64,000 nt of DNA from IMG/VR virus record IMGVR_UViG_3300031603_000001, positions 32,001-96,000 of that record; one strand, written 5' to 3'. The position numbers were made by a program, and so were the translations under genes. Of this stretch, positions 31,123 through 39,414 are shown one piece after another. Positions within the stretch are counted from its first letter, which is position 1. The number at the start of each line of letters is the position of its first letter. Source of the DNA: a virus. The notes under the pieces were generated by a model. The model made no database searches. It was not told where the DNA came from and saw only the letters and a program-made list of their open reading frames with translations.

Positions 31123-32936
31123 TGCCTCGTATAGAACAAAAACTACGTACATTCGTTAAGAATTATATAGCAGACAACCAACGCTTGCCTACTCAACGTG
31201 AGATCAAGCAGGCATTAGAAAAGCCATTCCAATTCACAACACGTCCACTGCTTCCAAAAGTGAATGCCACTTCGGATGCAGCAGCTGTAAAACAAACCCT
31301 TACCGGGTTACTGCAGGACACAAACGATATCATTGAACTACTAAGAGAGTACGATGATGACATGGATCAACTGACACGGAGTTTAACTAAGGAAAAAGAA
31401 GAGTTAGGTACTAAGTCAAGTGAGATCATGGATGTCCTTCAGTCTTTATCAGACGCAGAAGAAGCAGTGAGTCTAGTGTATGCCGGGCTACCTTCACCTG
31501 CTGGATGCTCTACTAACATTAATGTGTCTGCAACTGATGTCAGCCTAGACCACAACCTTACAGAACTCACAGGATGGACAGCGGATGCCACCCCTATCAG
31601 TTCCAATAAGATTTTAAGTGAACAAGTAATTACAGATCCTATGAAGCTGGCTGAACAGGGTGTATTTAAAGCCTCTGTACGCAGTAATGAAGCAGTGTGG
31701 ACTGGGGTAGAGCTGTTTATTAACTTCCCAATTTACTCCGACCCTGACATCCCGAACGCGGACCCATTTCAAGACATCAGAGCCGTTGAAATTAAGGGTA
31801 CCCCTGCTATGCTATCATTCGGAACAGCAGATCCTGAGACTGAAGTATGGGAATGGTCAGATCCTATAGAATTTGATGGAGCAATAACTTACTACGTAAA
31901 TGAACATACAAGCAACATGCGCGTACGCGTATGGGTACAAGGTACTGAGTCACATATTACTATCAACTCAATGAAATGGTTAGTAGGAGAGTATGCCCCA
32001 CGTGGTACCTACGTCAGTATGCCTTTACTTCTACAATCCCATGGTGATTTATCAGCAGACCTGCCCTATAGAGGCAACTATCTACTAGATGTACGCAGCT
32101 TCCTTCCAGAAGAAACCAACATGACTGTAGAGTACTGCCCCCTATCAGCAGGGGATCTGTTTACATATTACCGAGCAGACATCGGAGGCGCGCTGTTGAA
32201 TAACTCCGCTCTGAACTACTTACCAGTAGAAGACGCCCGTATGCCTCTGCCGATAGGATACTCTGATGTATTGCATGAGAATACACTACGGTACAATGGA
32301 GACCCAACACCAACCTTCGTAGGTGTAGGAAATGATATAGACATCTCATTAATAAGTGAGACACCGGCATGGGTACAGACTTCTGCAGAACGTTCCAACG
32401 GCGGACGTGACATGTGGGAGACACACTTGGTTGTACAAGATGCCGACGCGTCCACTATCACCTTAGGGGAACTCGCAGACTATTATGTCATTAAGCGAAT
32501 GACAGGATCAGGGCAAGCCCTTTATAAAGGTGAAGGAACTCACACCTTAACACCTGGGATTTACAAAATTGTATTTAGTATTTCAGCAGACTCTTCAGAG
32601 TTAGGACCTACTGCTACTCCTTCTAGTCCCGAAGTCGCAGGCATGACCATCGACACAGTAGATAGTATTAGTATGCAAGCATTCCCGATACCGTTCACTC
32701 CTATAGATAACCCTATCACAGTGACCACTCCGCTTACTGCATATAGATTAGCGTCAGGTGCACTGACATACCAACATATTGAAGGCCTTGAGTACAAACT
32801 TGCCTCACGGTCTCCCCTCACAACAGCTGTACCGGTAGCCGTTATCTTACGTGTGACGATGTCCACAGATAACCCAGGGGTAACCCCATTGGTACGTAGA
32901 GTACGTCTTATGGCAACTACAGATATAAAGGTTTAA
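31122..32936 (+). CDS. Structural protein with N-terminal helical/coiled-coil module
   Basis: 604 aa, TAATG coupling, coiled coil DMDQLTRSLTKEKEEL followed by beta domains. Confidence 0.5.
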   Translation: MPRIEQKLRTFVKNYIADNQRLPTQREIKQALEKPFQFTTRPLLPKVNATSDAAAVKQTLTGLLQDTNDIIELLREYDDDMDQLTRSLTKEKEELGTKSSEIMDVLQSLSDAEEAVSLVYAGLPSPAGCSTNINVSATDVSLDHNLTELTGWTADATPISSNKILSEQVITDPMKLAEQGVFKASVRSNEAVWTGVELFINFPIYSDPDIPNADPFQDIRAVEIKGTPAMLSFGTADPETEVWEWSDPIEFDGAITYYVNEHTSNMRVRVWVQGTESHITINSMKWLVGEYAPRGTYVSMPLLLQSHGDLSADLPYRGNYLLDVRSFLPEETNMTVEYCPLSAGDLFTYYRADIGGALLNNSALNYLPVEDARMPLPIGYSDVLHENTLRYNGDPTPTFVGVGNDIDISLISETPAWVQTSAERSNGGRDMWETHLVVQDADASTITLGELADYYVIKRMTGSGQALYKGEGTHTLTPGIYKIVFSISADSSELGPTATPSSPEVAGMTIDTVDSISMQAFPIPFTPIDNPITVTTPLTAYRLASGALTYQHIEGLEYKLASRSPLTTAVPVAVILRVTMSTDNPGVTPLVRRVRLMATTDIKV

Positions 32937-32937
32937 C

Positions 32938-33192
32938 ATGCCAAACACTAAGACACATGAAGTAGCACCCGGCATGCCACTGTCGGCATATGATTTCAAT
33001 ATCATGTTTGCCGAAGTTGTAGCTGATTGCTTAGAGATATTTACCACAGTGATACCTACCCAGGCTAACCCGGGAGTAGGGCCTCTTGCTTACATAGAAG
33101 ATCTAGCAGAGCTCACGAATACAACAGCATTCCTCACAGAATCTACTACAGATACAGAGGGTGATCATACTACCAATTGGAGATTGATTTAA
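32938..33192 (+). CDS. Small hypothetical structural-operon protein
   Basis: 84 aa, coupled on both sides. Confidence 0.55.
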   Translation: MPNTKTHEVAPGMPLSAYDFNIMFAEVVADCLEIFTTVIPTQANPGVGPLAYIEDLAELTNTTAFLTESTTDTEGDHTTNWRLI

Positions 33193-34235
33193 TGAAGTAC
33201 TTCAAACAGAATGATAACATCGATCCAACGATCGTAAATCAAAACTTCAGTGAAATAGAGATACTTACAGCACGTGCCGCGCAATTCGTTAAAGAATTAT
33301 CACAACGCCATACAATGACAAACATGCTACTGAATAACCATAGTCTGATAAAGACATACGATGGCGCCTTGGCTACTGCTGTGATTGAATCTATGACAGG
33401 CGGTACAGATTATATATACATGCCTGGTATTACATTCATGACAGGACCAACCTCAATGGAACATATCCAATTAGAGAATGGGTACCTTTCGTTAGCATTC
33501 CAGTCAGAGACATCACGTATAGCCAGTCGTACCAATAAGTTCCAAGAACGTATTCCATCTGAGAATACTGTCTACGCCGCTGACAATAGCCAGACCATGG
33601 TATCGCCGGAGCTTATATTTTCTCAAGATGCAGCATGGGCTGAATCGTTAGAAGCATCTGATGTAAACATCACTGCCACCTTCCCTCCTAGTCTTGAGAC
33701 TAAATATAATTACGTTAAGATGCTTCCAGTACTACCGGATACATCTCTTGAACTAATTACACCAAACCTTTCTCCTATTGTACGTAACACCATAGGGCAC
33801 TTCCCTGAAGGACATTTTGGTTCACAACTTGTAGTTAAGTCTACTGGACGTGGAACCGGCGCCGGTGCTTTCTTACACAATGCAGGCCTAGTTGATGTAG
33901 GTTGGAGAGACTTCTACGAAGCAGGATCCGTTACTAAAAGGATCACGGTAAATGCAACAGAGTACGCGTCAATCACTTCAGCAGAGCTGTCTATTGCCTT
34001 TGGCCTTAATTACTCCCGCTTAGGACAGATAGCGCAACTCAAGATTAAACAATTCGATGCAGGTAATAGTCTGGTAGGTACAGTGTATGACTCAGACGTC
34101 GACACGTACCCTCTAGCATCCTCTGTCGCAATAGATGCCAATACTACGAGCATCAGTGTCACTGTGTCCCTGAAGCGGTACGCAAACTCTAGCGCCATTA
34201 TTAAAGGCGTAGTACTAAACCTATTAAGAAGCTAA
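33192..34235 (+). CDS. Structural protein (start MKYFKQ)
   Basis: TAATG coupling at 33190-33194; helical N-terminus followed by beta domains. Confidence 0.5.
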   Translation: MKYFKQNDNIDPTIVNQNFSEIEILTARAAQFVKELSQRHTMTNMLLNNHSLIKTYDGALATAVIESMTGGTDYIYMPGITFMTGPTSMEHIQLENGYLSLAFQSETSRIASRTNKFQERIPSENTVYAADNSQTMVSPELIFSQDAAWAESLEASDVNITATFPPSLETKYNYVKMLPVLPDTSLELITPNLSPIVRNTIGHFPEGHFGSQLVVKSTGRGTGAGAFLHNAGLVDVGWRDFYEAGSVTKRITVNATEYASITSAELSIAFGLNYSRLGQIAQLKIKQFDAGNSLVGTVYDSDVDTYPLASSVAIDANTTSISVTVSLKRYANSSAIIKGVVLNLLRS

Positions 34236-34246
34236 GGTAATTACTT

Positions 34247-34600
34247 ATGACAGCTCCAACATTAGATTCCCTTGATGGGAGAATCACCTTACTTACTGGT
34301 AAGGTAAACGCAATGCAAATCCAGTTTGATGGATTAGAAGAAGCACTTCGTGCTGTATTCGCATCCAAGACTGAGCTTGCCTCTGTTAACAACGCATTGT
34401 TATCGCAGATTACTAGTATAGGCACGCAAGTGTCGGAACTAACCGAACGTTACGCAACGATCGTAAGCCCAACGGCTACTAAGTTCTATCTCTCCGAAGC
34501 TGACATGAATGAATTACAAGAGGTAATACGCACCTGGCGGGCGCTGCTAACAGAAGTACAAAACGTCGTAGCAAACGCTGTGACTTCCCAAGCGAGATAA
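34247..34600 (+). CDS. Coiled-coil hypothetical protein
   Basis: 117 aa with clear heptad periodicity. Confidence 0.6.
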   Translation: MTAPTLDSLDGRITLLTGKVNAMQIQFDGLEEALRAVFASKTELASVNNALLSQITSIGTQVSELTERYATIVSPTATKFYLSEADMNELQEVIRTWRALLTEVQNVVANAVTSQAR

Positions 34601-34603
34601 ACA

Positions 34604-35284
34604 ATGAAACTTAAGACTGCCTTTAGCCTGAGTGGCTGGCTACTCGTTATACTGCTTATGGCATATAACATTTTCTTTAATACAGCGGGCCCTCCACCTG
34701 TGTCAGACACAACAGCAATTGTGGATGTTATACCGGACATAGATGATGACGATAGTTTCACATGGTTCCCTGACACTATAAAAGTCGCTGTGCCATTTGC
34801 AGTCCCGGGTCCGATTAGGTATCTACCTACCGACCCGGATACTGTCTATGTTGATTCCTCCAAGGAACAAGTGATCGCATTGAAAGATTACATCGCTAGA
34901 CAGTACATATTTAAGTTACGTTACGTACAACCTAAGCTACAGGTGTCGTATATTTCAGCCGACACTACCAGTGCTGACTCGTTAAATCCATATTATATAC
35001 TTGCCGAGTACGAACTGCCACCAGCATTCCAGCTTGTCCCATTAAGGGACGGAACATACGATGTCCAAAGAATGGAACTCGTAAATAAACCACCAATCTA
35101 TACGCCACCGGCGTACACTATAAAGCATTATGCTGGTATTAGATTATTAGCTAAAGACACTCCCATTGCGGCCTATTACCAGAGCCGCCTTCTCTGGAAA
35201 AAGACAGAGACTAATCTAGGCCTATACCTAGGAACCAATGCTGCAGTGACAGCTAACCTCAGCGTTTCAGTACGCATACGATAG
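34604..35284 (+). CDS. Membrane-anchored protein (possible spanin/lysis accessory)
   Basis: N-terminal hydrophobic helix LSGWLLVILLMAYNIFF; position at the end of the late operon. The function is inferred only. Confidence 0.3.
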   Translation: MKLKTAFSLSGWLLVILLMAYNIFFNTAGPPPVSDTTAIVDVIPDIDDDDSFTWFPDTIKVAVPFAVPGPIRYLPTDPDTVYVDSSKEQVIALKDYIARQYIFKLRYVQPKLQVSYISADTTSADSLNPYYILAEYELPPAFQLVPLRDGTYDVQRMELVNKPPIYTPPAYTIKHYAGIRLLAKDTPIAAYYQSRLLWKKTETNLGLYLGTNAAVTANLSVSVRIR

Positions 35285-35293
35285 GATATTAGA

Positions 35294-35800
35294 ATGACAT
35301 TAACTAAATTAGCCAAACTAGATGGAGTAGATACCTCGTTAGAGTTTGAAGACCCAGAAGGACGCGACGTACAAGCCATAGCAGTAATAGACGAAAACGG
35401 GGAACACGCAGGGGTTACTGGCACACCCATTAAAGTACAAATAGAAGGCCAAGGAGACGTAGTACTTGGCACAGCTGAAAACCCCCTTGAAGTAAAGGGA
35501 GGCCCCCCTCGCGCCTCCGTAGTCGAAAACCTCGACATGACTACAACTACAGCAGCGGCGGTACAGAGTGCTTTCGCAACCTTAACCCTCGCAGCAGTAC
35601 GGGACGTTCTAATTCAGAACCTCTCTACTTTTGATTGTTACGTAACCTTTGGGGGGACCGCAGTGACTGCAGTAGTAGCCACACATACACTCCTTCGTGC
35701 TAGTGGATCGATCAACCTGGAGAACGTAAAGTTCAACAACTTCTCGGTAATACGAATCGCCGACAACGTAAACGTACGCATCACCGGAATAGGTGGATAA
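35294..35800 (+). CDS. Hypothetical virion-associated beta-sandwich protein
   Basis: 168 aa, AGGA RBS, beta-rich C-terminal domain. Confidence 0.5.
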   Translation: MTLTKLAKLDGVDTSLEFEDPEGRDVQAIAVIDENGEHAGVTGTPIKVQIEGQGDVVLGTAENPLEVKGGPPRASVVENLDMTTTTAAAVQSAFATLTLAAVRDVLIQNLSTFDCYVTFGGTAVTAVVATHTLLRASGSINLENVKFNNFSVIRIADNVNVRITGIGG

Positions 35801-35802
35801 AC

Positions 35803-35991
35803 GTGCCTATTAATGAATCAGCTATTATACCTACAGTATATGAATACTCAAGCTCTCATAACGAGCAGGCCTTTGCTCTTGCTGCCGTTGCCGATATTTC
35901 GGCTGGAAATGATATAGCCGTACAACTAACTTCCACGCTCGGTACGGCAACGATGCTAAATAGGGGTATATTTGCCATAAAGGTGAGTTAA
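35803..35991 (+). CDS. Short protein or remnant resembling the C-terminal half of a BclA/C1q-like jelly roll
   Basis: GTG start. AVADISAGNDIAVQL...GIFAIKV resembles the terminal strands of BclA-type domains. Confidence 0.3.
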   Translation: MPINESAIIPTVYEYSSSHNEQAFALAAVADISAGNDIAVQLTSTLGTATMLNRGIFAIKVS

Positions 35992-36510
35992 ATGCTGATT
36001 GATGACGGCGGACCCACAGATCACCCAGCCAAACTGATTGCCCCACGGAGACGCCGCCGCCGAACACCTAAACGAACCTGTATCTCTAAATTCCAGAGAC
36101 ATGTTGCAGGTTTATTCAGGCAAGTGCTTGGTGATAGTTACATGCGCTACGAACTTAATTGGTCCTGGTTAAAGAACGAGGATGGTAATGATCTTTACCT
36201 TGATATTTACTTCCCGAGCTACTCGCTTGCAATTGAAGCGCACGGTGCCCAGCACTACACCTACCCCAACTTCTACCATAAAACCTATCCTGATTACGAA
36301 CGGCAGCGTTCTAACGACAGAACAAAACGACGACTCCTCAAAGAACACGGAATAAAGTACATAGCTGTACGTGAAACCCCGAAACCTAAGTTAGAGGACG
36401 TGGTTAAACTACTTAAGTCAATAGGAATAGTACCTGGAGTACCTCCTCTTGTACAAGTAAACAATACTATGTTCACTGATGGACCACAACGTCGCAACAA
36501 ACGGAAATAA
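35992..36510 (+). CDS. PD-(D/E)XK endonuclease, DUF559/Vsr-like
   Basis: LYLDIYFPSYSLAIEAHGAQHY...DRTKRRLLKEHGIKYIAV is the characteristic motif set. Confidence 0.75.
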   Translation: MLIDDGGPTDHPAKLIAPRRRRRRTPKRTCISKFQRHVAGLFRQVLGDSYMRYELNWSWLKNEDGNDLYLDIYFPSYSLAIEAHGAQHYTYPNFYHKTYPDYERQRSNDRTKRRLLKEHGIKYIAVRETPKPKLEDVVKLLKSIGIVPGVPPLVQVNNTMFTDGPQRRNKRK

Positions 36511-36511
36511 C

Positions 36512-36766
36512 ATGTCCCCATATATTAGTAAACAATCTTCTGAGTACGTCTCAGGAAGCTGGAATCGCTCTACTATCGCTAAAGGAATAAAGAGTGCAAC
36601 CTTCGTCTGTCCGACATGCAAAGGCACTATGTCTTTGTCTCATCACCTCATAACCAAGATAGGTGCAGTTACACCCAGTGTCATGTGTCCTTACGACTGT
36701 ACATTTCACAAATGGGTAGTACTAGCAGGCTGGTACGAACCTATAATTCCTACAGGCTCTGTGTGA
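36512..36766 (+). CDS. Small Cys/His metal-binding protein (DUF6527-like pattern)
   Basis: CPTC...VTPSVMCPYDCTFHKW...W. ATG 36512 directly follows the previous stop. Confidence 0.5.
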   Translation: MSPYISKQSSEYVSGSWNRSTIAKGIKSATFVCPTCKGTMSLSHHLITKIGAVTPSVMCPYDCTFHKWVVLAGWYEPIIPTGSV

Positions 36767-36783
36767 ATACCTATAATTCCTAC
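36739..36783. repeat. 15-bp direct repeat x2 (ACCTATAATTCCTAC), 30-bp period
   Basis: Copies at 36739-36753 and 36769-36783, read directly. Confidence 0.9.
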
Positions 36784-36799
36784 GTAATATCTGTTATTC

Positions 36800-36880
36800 A
36801 CACTCCCGCCCACTTATCCCGATTATAAATAAATAAAGAACCGCTTTGGTTCTCTAACACTCCCGCCCACTTATCCCGAT
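36800..36880. repeat. 24-bp perfect direct repeat x2 (ACACTCCCGCCCACTTATCCCGAT) with 33-bp spacer
   Basis: Copies at 36800-36823 and 36857-36880, read directly. Confidence 0.95.
36826..36855 (-). terminator. Intrinsic terminator-like hairpin lying between the 24-bp repeats
   Basis: Minus strand AGAGAACC-AAAGC-GGTTCTTT (8 bp, one G-U) followed by ATTTATTTA. Confidence 0.6.
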
Positions 36881-36887
36881 GGTTAAT

Positions 36888-36920
36888 AAAAAAGAGGACC
36901 CTGTAGATTAGGGCCCTCTT
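36888..36920 (-). terminator. Intrinsic terminator ending the minus-strand arm
   Basis: Minus strand AAGAGGGCCCT-AATCTAC-AGGGTCCTCTT (11 bp, one G-U) followed by TTTTATT, 24 nt after the last stop. Confidence 0.8.
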
Positions 36921-36944
36921 AGTAAAGCTATGACTCAAGTGTCT

Positions 36945-37214
36945 CTAGTCAGGAGACTCGTCATTCCAATACCTCTGTGGAGGATTGGCGTGTACATTTG
37001 TAGGTCTACTCGGTTGGTTAGGACCTCTCTTGTGAAAAGGCTGCTGACCGTTTGTTGGCAGCTTCTTACCATAGCGTCGTTCACTGTAAGCTTCTCTCTC
37101 ACGATCTGCTTTATAACCTTTAACAGTATAATGAACTGACTGTGCCTCTCGGGCAACCGAACCTATAGCTTGTATAATCCGAGCTACAAACAGGACTTTC
37201 TTCCATCCACTCAT
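36945..37214 (-). CDS. Small basic hypothetical protein
   Basis: GGAG RBS 6 nt before ATG; last gene before the terminator. Confidence 0.6.
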   Translation of the reverse strand: MSGWKKVLFVARIIQAIGSVAREAQSVHYTVKGYKADREREAYSERRYGKKLPTNGQQPFHKRGPNQPSRPTNVHANPPQRYWNDESPD

Positions 37215-37233
37215 TGTATCTCCTTACAGCTTC

Positions 37234-37698
37234 CTACTCCTCGTGTATGATTTCCCAGGTTAGGGTACTCATAACGCGGTGTGTTTGTTGGTTACAGTTT
37301 TCACACTCAAAGACTACATGAATCTCGTCTTCACTGCGTGTCCACGGTGACCCTTCAACGTGTTCTTCAACTGCCACAACCTTCATTGGAAGTAAACAAT
37401 CGTTACACTCTGCATCTCCGTAATCCTCTACATCAAGTCGTACTAGGACATCCTTCTTACATGCATTCTCGGTAAACATCAGTGCGATGCCATTGATGAG
37501 CATGGTGCCAGGTTTGGCCATAATGATTCCAGCAGTGTTCGAGTACACTGTCCAGATCTTGTTAAGAGATATTGCGGTTTGAACTGTATTGTAAGCGCCT
37601 TCTATCTCAGCATAGTCCTGCCATAGGGTAACTTCCTCATCCCCACGGCCTATTGGTCTATACTTGCGATTGAATTCATCGAACGCTAATACTATCAC
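37234..37698 (-). CDS. Hypothetical protein with C-terminal zinc finger
   Basis: CNDC...CENC pair; GTGA overlap with upstream stop. Confidence 0.6.
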   Translation of the reverse strand: MIVLAFDEFNRKYRPIGRGDEEVTLWQDYAEIEGAYNTVQTAISLNKIWTVYSNTAGIIMAKPGTMLINGIALMFTENACKKDVLVRLDVEDYGDAECNDCLLPMKVVAVEEHVEGSPWTRSEDEIHVVFECENCNQQTHRVMSTLTWEIIHEE

Positions 37699-37955
37699 GG
37701 CTTCGCAGGCGAGTTACCGCCATATCGATTCATGAAAGATGACACAACACTGTTGTACTGACTTCCATTGAGGAAGTAGAATACCCATACTATTCCAGTC
37801 AGGGCATTTGTGCCGACAGGTACTGGTGCTCCACTAATAGAAGCACTAATGTACAAGCCACAGACAACCATAGTCCACACCAACGTAATGAAACGTCGGA
37901 AGGAAACTTCGTTATCCTTATGAAGTAAATGATTCTTAGTCAAATCGCTCTCCAT
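37695..37955 (-). CDS. Small two-TM membrane protein (holin-like)
   Basis: Two hydrophobic segments (FITLVWTMVVCGLYISA; ALTGIVWVFYF) in 86 aa. Confidence 0.4.
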   Translation of the reverse strand: MESDLTKNHLLHKDNEVSFRRFITLVWTMVVCGLYISASISGAPVPVGTNALTGIVWVFYFLNGSQYNSVVSSFMNRYGGNSPAKP

Positions 37956-38498
37956 TTACACCGGGTTAAACCCCGGATTTGTTATGAGGAAGTCTCTTAC
38001 TTTAGCTTTAAGCAAAGTACGAGCTTCTCTCTCTGTGTGTATAAATCTATCAGCAAAGAACTCTACCCTAGTACAATCATTACGTGCATAAGCCTTGGCA
38101 GAAGCCGAGCCCATTACAAAGATAGGTGTAATCTGATCATAAATATTACGCACAATGCATTTCTTAAACTCAAGAATTACCGCAGGCACCTCTACCGTAT
38201 CACCGGTAGCAATATGAACACCAGTTGTAGCTGCTACAGCTACATCTATATTCAACTGTCCATCTAGGTCTTTCATTGCTTTAAGTACATTAGGAGCGAT
38301 ATGCTCCATACCAGCTCTACCAAGCATGCTGATCTTTATTTCAAGGTAAGGCTTATGATCATCAATACAGATAGAATCTATCTTAACGTCACCTTCCCTC
38401 GGTGCCCAGGAGTGTACCTTGGAGTCTTCAGTTGTAACGGTTACGAAATCAACCGTACAATCCTCCTCCCATATGTTACGACCTGCAACACTAATCAT
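37956..38498 (-). CDS. Hypothetical protein with C-terminal KVRDFLI motif
   Basis: 180-aa coupled ORF. Confidence 0.65.
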   Translation of the reverse strand: MISVAGRNIWEEDCTVDFVTVTTEDSKVHSWAPREGDVKIDSICIDDHKPYLEIKISMLGRAGMEHIAPNVLKAMKDLDGQLNIDVAVAATTGVHIATGDTVEVPAVILEFKKCIVRNIYDQITPIFVMGSASAKAYARNDCTRVEFFADRFIHTEREARTLLKAKVRDFLITNPGFNPV

Positions 38499-39003
38499 AA
38501 AAGATCATCACTTCCTCAGTTTCTACGACAAGGAAGTCACTGAGCTTAGGCTTGATTGTAATATCCATAACTATGTGCTCTAGGGGAGTAGGCTCAGCAG
38601 GTACTGCATAGAAAGCTTTGCCATGTATTAGCATGTCTATCTCCATTACATTAGAAGAAGCGCTCATACCGGTGCTATGGCTATGAGTATACCCTTCGCA
38701 TATAAATGCAGAAGATGTCATAGAACCAGACGCCACCTCACGTCGCGTCTCTAAGGTGACCTTTATGTCACCAACATTGAACATACATTCGTACAAGATA
38801 GGGTAGTCCTCTTGTATGAGACTGTACATAGCAGGACACACCTTTAGTTTTAACTCAAAGCTTGTCTGTCCAGACGCGTCCGCTGTGCCACTGAATCCAT
38901 CAACAGTCACTTGGTTACCAGGCCTTATAGTCTGCTGTACGCCCTCTTGCACACAACTAATTTCAACTACACTAGTGTAGTCCCGATGTGCGAAAAGTGC
39001 CAT
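38491..39003 (-). CDS. Hypothetical protein with C-terminal KLSDFLV motif
   Basis: 170-aa coupled ORF (TAATG). Confidence 0.65.
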   Translation of the reverse strand: MALFAHRDYTSVVEISCVQEGVQQTIRPGNQVTVDGFSGTADASGQTSFELKLKVCPAMYSLIQEDYPILYECMFNVGDIKVTLETRREVASGSMTSSAFICEGYTHSHSTGMSASSNVMEIDMLIHGKAFYAVPAEPTPLEHIVMDITIKPKLSDFLVVETEEVMIFYD

Positions 39004-39362
39004 TATAGATCCAAGGTTGGTTCATGTACCAAGAAATCTGTGATCTTAAGGTCGTTAGCAAATCCTTTTCTACGTACCTGACGATTAAGTTCTATTTGAT
39101 TGTCAACAATCCAACTCTTAACCTTCTTGAATATAGAATGAGTATCTGGTACAAACTTATAACCTTTAGCCCTCTTCTTACCGATCATGGTATTCGCATT
39201 ACCCTTGTCGTAAACATGGGTCTGTGGTCCAATGTTATCGGTGTTCTTTCCGTACAATGCAAGGCCGGCCCCGTTGATGGGAAAAGGAAGTATAGCATAA
39301 AACTTATCACTAGTATCTTCTTTATAATGCATCACGGTCAGACCTTTAATATCTGCAGGCAT
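39003..39362 (-). CDS. WGR-domain-like protein with C-terminal KITDFLV motif
   Basis: SDKFYAI...ALYGK...GPQT...KKRAKGY matches the WGR pattern (YGK variant). TAAGGAGG RBS. Confidence 0.6.
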   Translation of the reverse strand: MPADIKGLTVMHYKEDTSDKFYAILPFPINGAGLALYGKNTDNIGPQTHVYDKGNANTMIGKKRAKGYKFVPDTHSIFKKVKSWIVDNQIELNRQVRRKGFANDLKITDFLVHEPTLDL

Positions 39363-39377
39363 GCTGCCTCCTTACTT

Positions 39378-39408
39378 AGAAAAGATGTCTGCTATTAGAA
39401 CGCAGACA
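39378..39408 (-). terminator. Terminator-like hairpin upstream of the WGR gene
   Basis: Minus strand TGTCTGC-GTTCTAATA-GCAGACA followed by TCTTTTCT. Confidence 0.55.
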
Positions 39409-39414
39409 ATAATA

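Noticed and set aside
35294-35800. Ubl because it ends in GIGG
   Set aside because: 168 aa, sits in the virion operon, and has no beta-grasp pattern or adjacent E1.
14141-35991. Diversity-generating retroelement targeting tail fibres
   Set aside because: No reverse transcriptase, and no template/variable repeat pair was noticed in the window.
47-36627. Numerous minus-strand ORFs of 60-172 aa in the structural arm, and plus-strand ORFs in the replication arm
   Set aside because: They are antisense shadows of long coding genes, with no RBS and no recognisable motifs.
36800-36880. Mini-CRISPR array (24-bp repeats, 33-bp spacer)
   Set aside because: Only two copies, the repeat is not palindromic, the spacer is itself a terminator hairpin, and no cas operon is present. 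Kept as a repeat only.
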